NCBI RefSeq assembly: GCF_001194135.2
Contig: NC_068990.1
Coordinates: 88,561,313 to 88,625,312 of the forward strand
Reading direction: 5' to 3'
Source of the DNA: Octopus bimaculoides
Lineage: Eukaryota
Length of the DNA: 64,000 nt
Part shown: in pieces, positions 56,501-61,340 of the stretch
How the letters are laid out: the number at the start of each line of letters is the position of its first letter
Numbering within the stretch: position 1 is the stretch's first letter
Notes under the pieces: model-generated
Seen by the model: the letters and a program-made list of their open reading frames with translations, nothing else
The model's database searches: none
What the model was told of the DNA's origin: nothing
Position numbers and translations under genes: made by a program

Positions 56501-59500
56501 CTTGCATATATGTATGTGTTTGTGTATATTTACATAATCATACATGTGTTTGCGCAATATATATTGATACGTATATATATATATATACATATGTATTCAT
56601 CTTACATTGAAAGTCAACAAAATAATGGACAAAATAATAGAAACACCTAGCATCATACCATCGTAATTTTGAAATATCTATAAAACCGTCAAAAGCTTGT
56701 TTATTTTTATGTTTTTTTATTTATTATTAGTGTTGCTTAATATGTTTTGCTAAAATTGCTGTTTGTTTTCAGATATCAGCAAAAAAATGTAATAGAAATT
56801 CATTAAAATGACTGATCTATCAGACTTTCAAAGAGGTCAAATTGTTGGTGCTCATATGGCAGGCACTAGCGTAATGAAAACAGCCGAAATGTTTGGTGTA
56901 TCAAGAAGTACTATCGAGAAGGAACATTCTAGTAAAGTTGAACATCTGGCCACCACAGTCCCAGATCTGAATATTATTGAACATTTAGGGTGCATTTTAG
57001 AAAAACAAGTAAGGAGTCGATATCCTCCACCATCATCACTACAAGAACTGGAGACTATTTTAAGAATGGACAAAAATTCCTTTGGAAACAATTCTAACTT
57101 TGTATGATTCCATACCTCATAGAATTCAAGCTGTAATTACTGCCAAAGGTGGTCCTACCTCATATTAAAATAAATTTGTTTGAAATTTTAAGGTGTTTCA
57201 TTATTTTGTCCAACCCCTGTATATATAGTTTTATATATCTCTATATGTATTTATATATGTACACACATCAACTAATAGTGGAAAAAGGGGAGTTAAGATG
57301 CAAATTGTTTTAATATTTCCATTGAGGATACAGCACTTAATGTCCACTTTTCCATGCTAGCATATGTCAGACAGAATTTGTTGAGTTGAATTTTCTATGG
57401 TTGGATGCCCATACACATACGAAGGACTTCTTTCAGCTCCCATCGACTAAAATTCACTCACATGCATTGATTGGCTCATGGCTGTAGTAGAAGACACTTA
57501 CCTAAGGTGCCATGCAGTTAAACTGAACCCAAACTTCTTACCACATGATCATGCCACCTTCTCCTCCTCTTCATCATCATCATCATTTAATACCTGTTTC
57601 CCATGCTAACATGGGTTGGATGGTCTGACTGAGAACTGGTCAGCTGGGGAGCTGCATCAGGTTCCAGTTTGATTTGGTATGGTTTCTATGGCTGGATACC
57701 AACCACTCCAAGAGTGTAGTGGGCAATTTTTACATGCCACTGGCATGGGTGCCAGTTATTTAAACCAGCATCAGCCATGTCTATGATCTCACTTAGCTTG
57801 ACAGATCTTCCCAGGCACAGTATATTGCCAAAGGTCTTGGTCACTTTTCACTGCCTCTACGAGGCTCAGTGTTCAAAAGGTGCTTTCTGCATGCCACCAG
57901 CATGGGCACCAGTCATATGGCTCTGTCATCAGTCATGACTACAATTTCACTTAACCTGATAGGTCTTCTCAAGCACAGCATATCACCCAATGTTCAAAGA
58001 GCGCTTTCTACATGGAGCTACCATGAGCGTTTGAAAGGCAGAAACTTTGAATAAGAACCGACTCAGGTTGATTCAACCTGTCCAGTTTGCACATAAGCAT
58101 AACATGGATTTTAAACATTCTTCATTCTATTTTGTGTTTCATACAATACTCTGAAGTCTTCAGAAGCAAACTTTGGATTTACTACTCAAACAGGAGTACA
58201 AGGGAAATCGTCTGGGTTACACAGTTCACTCTAATTATCTCTTGATTACCACTCATCAATCTAGTGAGCCAAGTTGTGTTATCACAGAATGATCAAAAGA
58301 GAATTTGCCTGCACTTCACTGTCACTATGCCTTTGAGTCGTGTGTGTGTGTGTTAGGTATGTATGTATACATGCATTAAGTAGCTATGTATGTCTATGCA
58401 CATACACGTATTTGTATGTAGATGTACATATACAGGTATATGCACATATAACATATGAGTGTAAATTACTTCAATTTCTTAGATACGATGACTTAGTAAC
58501 TGAAATTGTAGATATTTCAAGTGCGTGTGTGTGTGTGCACATATGTATATGTGCATATTTGTATTTATATCTATGTGCAAATTCAATTTGATTCACTAAA
58601 TACCTTTCATTTTTTTCTTCTTTATCTCCTCATTCTCACCCTCTTTATCTCCTCATTTTCACCCTCTTCATAACATACAACTGATGTCAATTTCTCTTTT
58701 CAATTTCAGCTCATGCAAATATTAACTGTGGGCCTCCCAAAGATATTGTTGGTACATCAAAGTCCTACAAAACCACAGCCTATAAATCTGAAGTACTCTA
58801 TACTTGCTCAAATGGAATACAACTAAAGTCAATATGTCAAAAGGACAGCAAATGGACTCCAGTAGCATCTTCTTGTAAAGGTAACATAATTTTTTGTATA
58901 TCCTCACTGCAGGATCTGTGGCCTTGTGTTTAAGTTAGGAACCATTATCATTAATATTGGAGACTTCAACAATAATTATGATTAATCTTGATAATAAGGG
59001 TAATGTATTGACAGAATCATTCAACCGACAGACAAAATATGTTGTGGCATTTGTTTTAGCAATTTTNNNNNNNNNNNNNNNNNNNNNNNNNNNNNNNNNN
59101 NNNNNNNNNNNNNNNNNNNNNNNNNNNNNNNNNNNNNNNNNNNNNNNNNNNNNNNNNNNNNNNNNNNNNNNNNNNNNNNNNNNNNNNNNNNNNNNNNNNN
59201 NNNNNNNNNNNNNNNNNNNNNNNNNNNNNNNNNNNNNNNNNNNNNNNNNNNNNNNNNNNNNNNNNNNNNNNNNNNNNNNNNNNNNNNNNNNNNNNNNNNN
59301 NNNNNNNNNNNNNNNNNNNNNNNNNNNNNNNNNNNNNNNNNNNNNNNNNNNNNNNNNNNNNNNNNNNNNNNNNNNNNNNNNNNNNNNNNNNNNNNNNNNN
59401 NNNNNNNNNNNNNNNNNNNNNNNNNNNNNNNNNNNNNNNNNNNNNNNNNNNNNNNNNNNNNNNNNNNNNNNNNNNNNNNNNNNNNNNNNNNNAAGAAATT

Positions 59501-61277
59501 AAAGGCAGACAAAGACAAAGATTACTACCAACGATTAAAGTGTAATTATTCTTTGTATTTTATTATTGGAATTCTCTTTTCCATTATTTCTGAAATTTGT
59601 GATTCCATTTGTACTTTCAAACCATATAGACCCCAATTTCTATAAAGACATTGACAGGTTTACCTATGAGGCCAGATATACACACATTCTAGAAATAAGC
59701 AATATTAGAAAATATAAATACTGTTAAGACATTCTCACACAACTTTTATTTACCTTGAACAATTTGATGCATATTTTTAATTGTTTTTATATGTAAGAAA
59801 GGAAATTCTTGTTGTTTTTCTTCAACCTCAGTAGTAGTAGTATTAGTAGTAGTGGTGGTGGTGGTGGCATTAGCAATAACAGTAACTTTTTCTTCATTTC
59901 TCCATGTTAGCATCACTTAGTACTGTTACAACACAATGTCTCTGCTCTAGTTCTTGTAATGCTGAAGGGTTGTATCTGATTTATTTAGAAATTCTTCTTC
60001 CTAAGTTATTTAAATATATATATACACATATAGATTGAAATAGGCAAAGTTAAGGGAAGAGAGAAATACATGTAATATACATATTCACACATATACATAC
60101 ATATGCAGATATATGTGCATACACACATTTGTCCACACCTACAATAACACACCCAAACCCATATAAACAACTATATATTTACACACACACACATAAACAT
60201 ATGCATGTGCACGAGTGTGGTTACATATACATATACACACAAACACACTCATGACCTTGCACATATATATATTCACGGGACTATCTACTGAGGGTGACAG
60301 ACCAAGGGTGATATGGTGATGGAACAGTGATATTGATAGGGCCATAAAAGAGAAGAGGTGCACCTGGCAAGAATGAAAAAGTGGGGGCAGCGAAGCATCT
60401 TATCAGAAAGCTAAAAGGGAAGACACACACATAAACATATACATATATACANNNNNNNNNNNNNNNNNNNNNNNNNNNNNNNNNNNNNNNNNNNNNNNNN
60501 NNNNNNNNNNNNNNNNNNNNNNNNNNNNNNNNNNNNNNNNNNNNNNNNNNNNNNNNNNNNNNNNNNNNNNNNNNNNNNNNNNNNNNNNNNNNNNNNNNNN
60601 NNNNNNNNNNNNNNNNNNNNNNNNNNNNNNNNNNNNNNNNNNNNNNNNNNNNNNNNNNNNNNNNNNNNNNNNNNNNNNNNNNNNNNNNNNNNNNNNNNNN
60701 NNNNNNNNNNNNNNNNNNNNNNNNNNNNNNNNNNNNNNNNNNNNNNNNNNNNNNNNNNNNNNNNNNNNNNNNNNNNNNNNNNNNNNNNNNNNNNNNNNNN
60801 NNNNNNNNNNNNNNNNNNNNNNNNNNNNNNNNNNNNNNNNNNNNNNNNNNNNNNNNNNNNNNNNNNNNNNNNNNNNNNNNNNNNNNNNNNNNNNNNNNNN
60901 NNNNNNNNNNNNNNNNNNNNNNNNNNNNNNNNNNNNNNNNNNNNNNNNNNNNNNNNNNNNNNNNNNNNNNNNNNNNNNNNNNNNNNNNNNNNNNNNNNNN
61001 NNNNNNNNNNNTATATATATACATATATATCATCATCATCATCATCATTAACCCAGGTCAGTAGAGTATTTCCACATTATTTATTTTGTACATATCTGTG
61101 TGTATTTGTGATACACACACACACACACACACATACACACACACTCATATATACAACTCTTCTACTTGTTTCGATCATTTGACTACAGCCATGAATTGGC
61201 CTGCATCATGGACTGCATGTTGTAGTTTTGAAGTAATCTTCATCACTGATGTGAGTGTGTGCATGTTTGCATATGCA

Positions 61278-61340
<63 letters not shown>
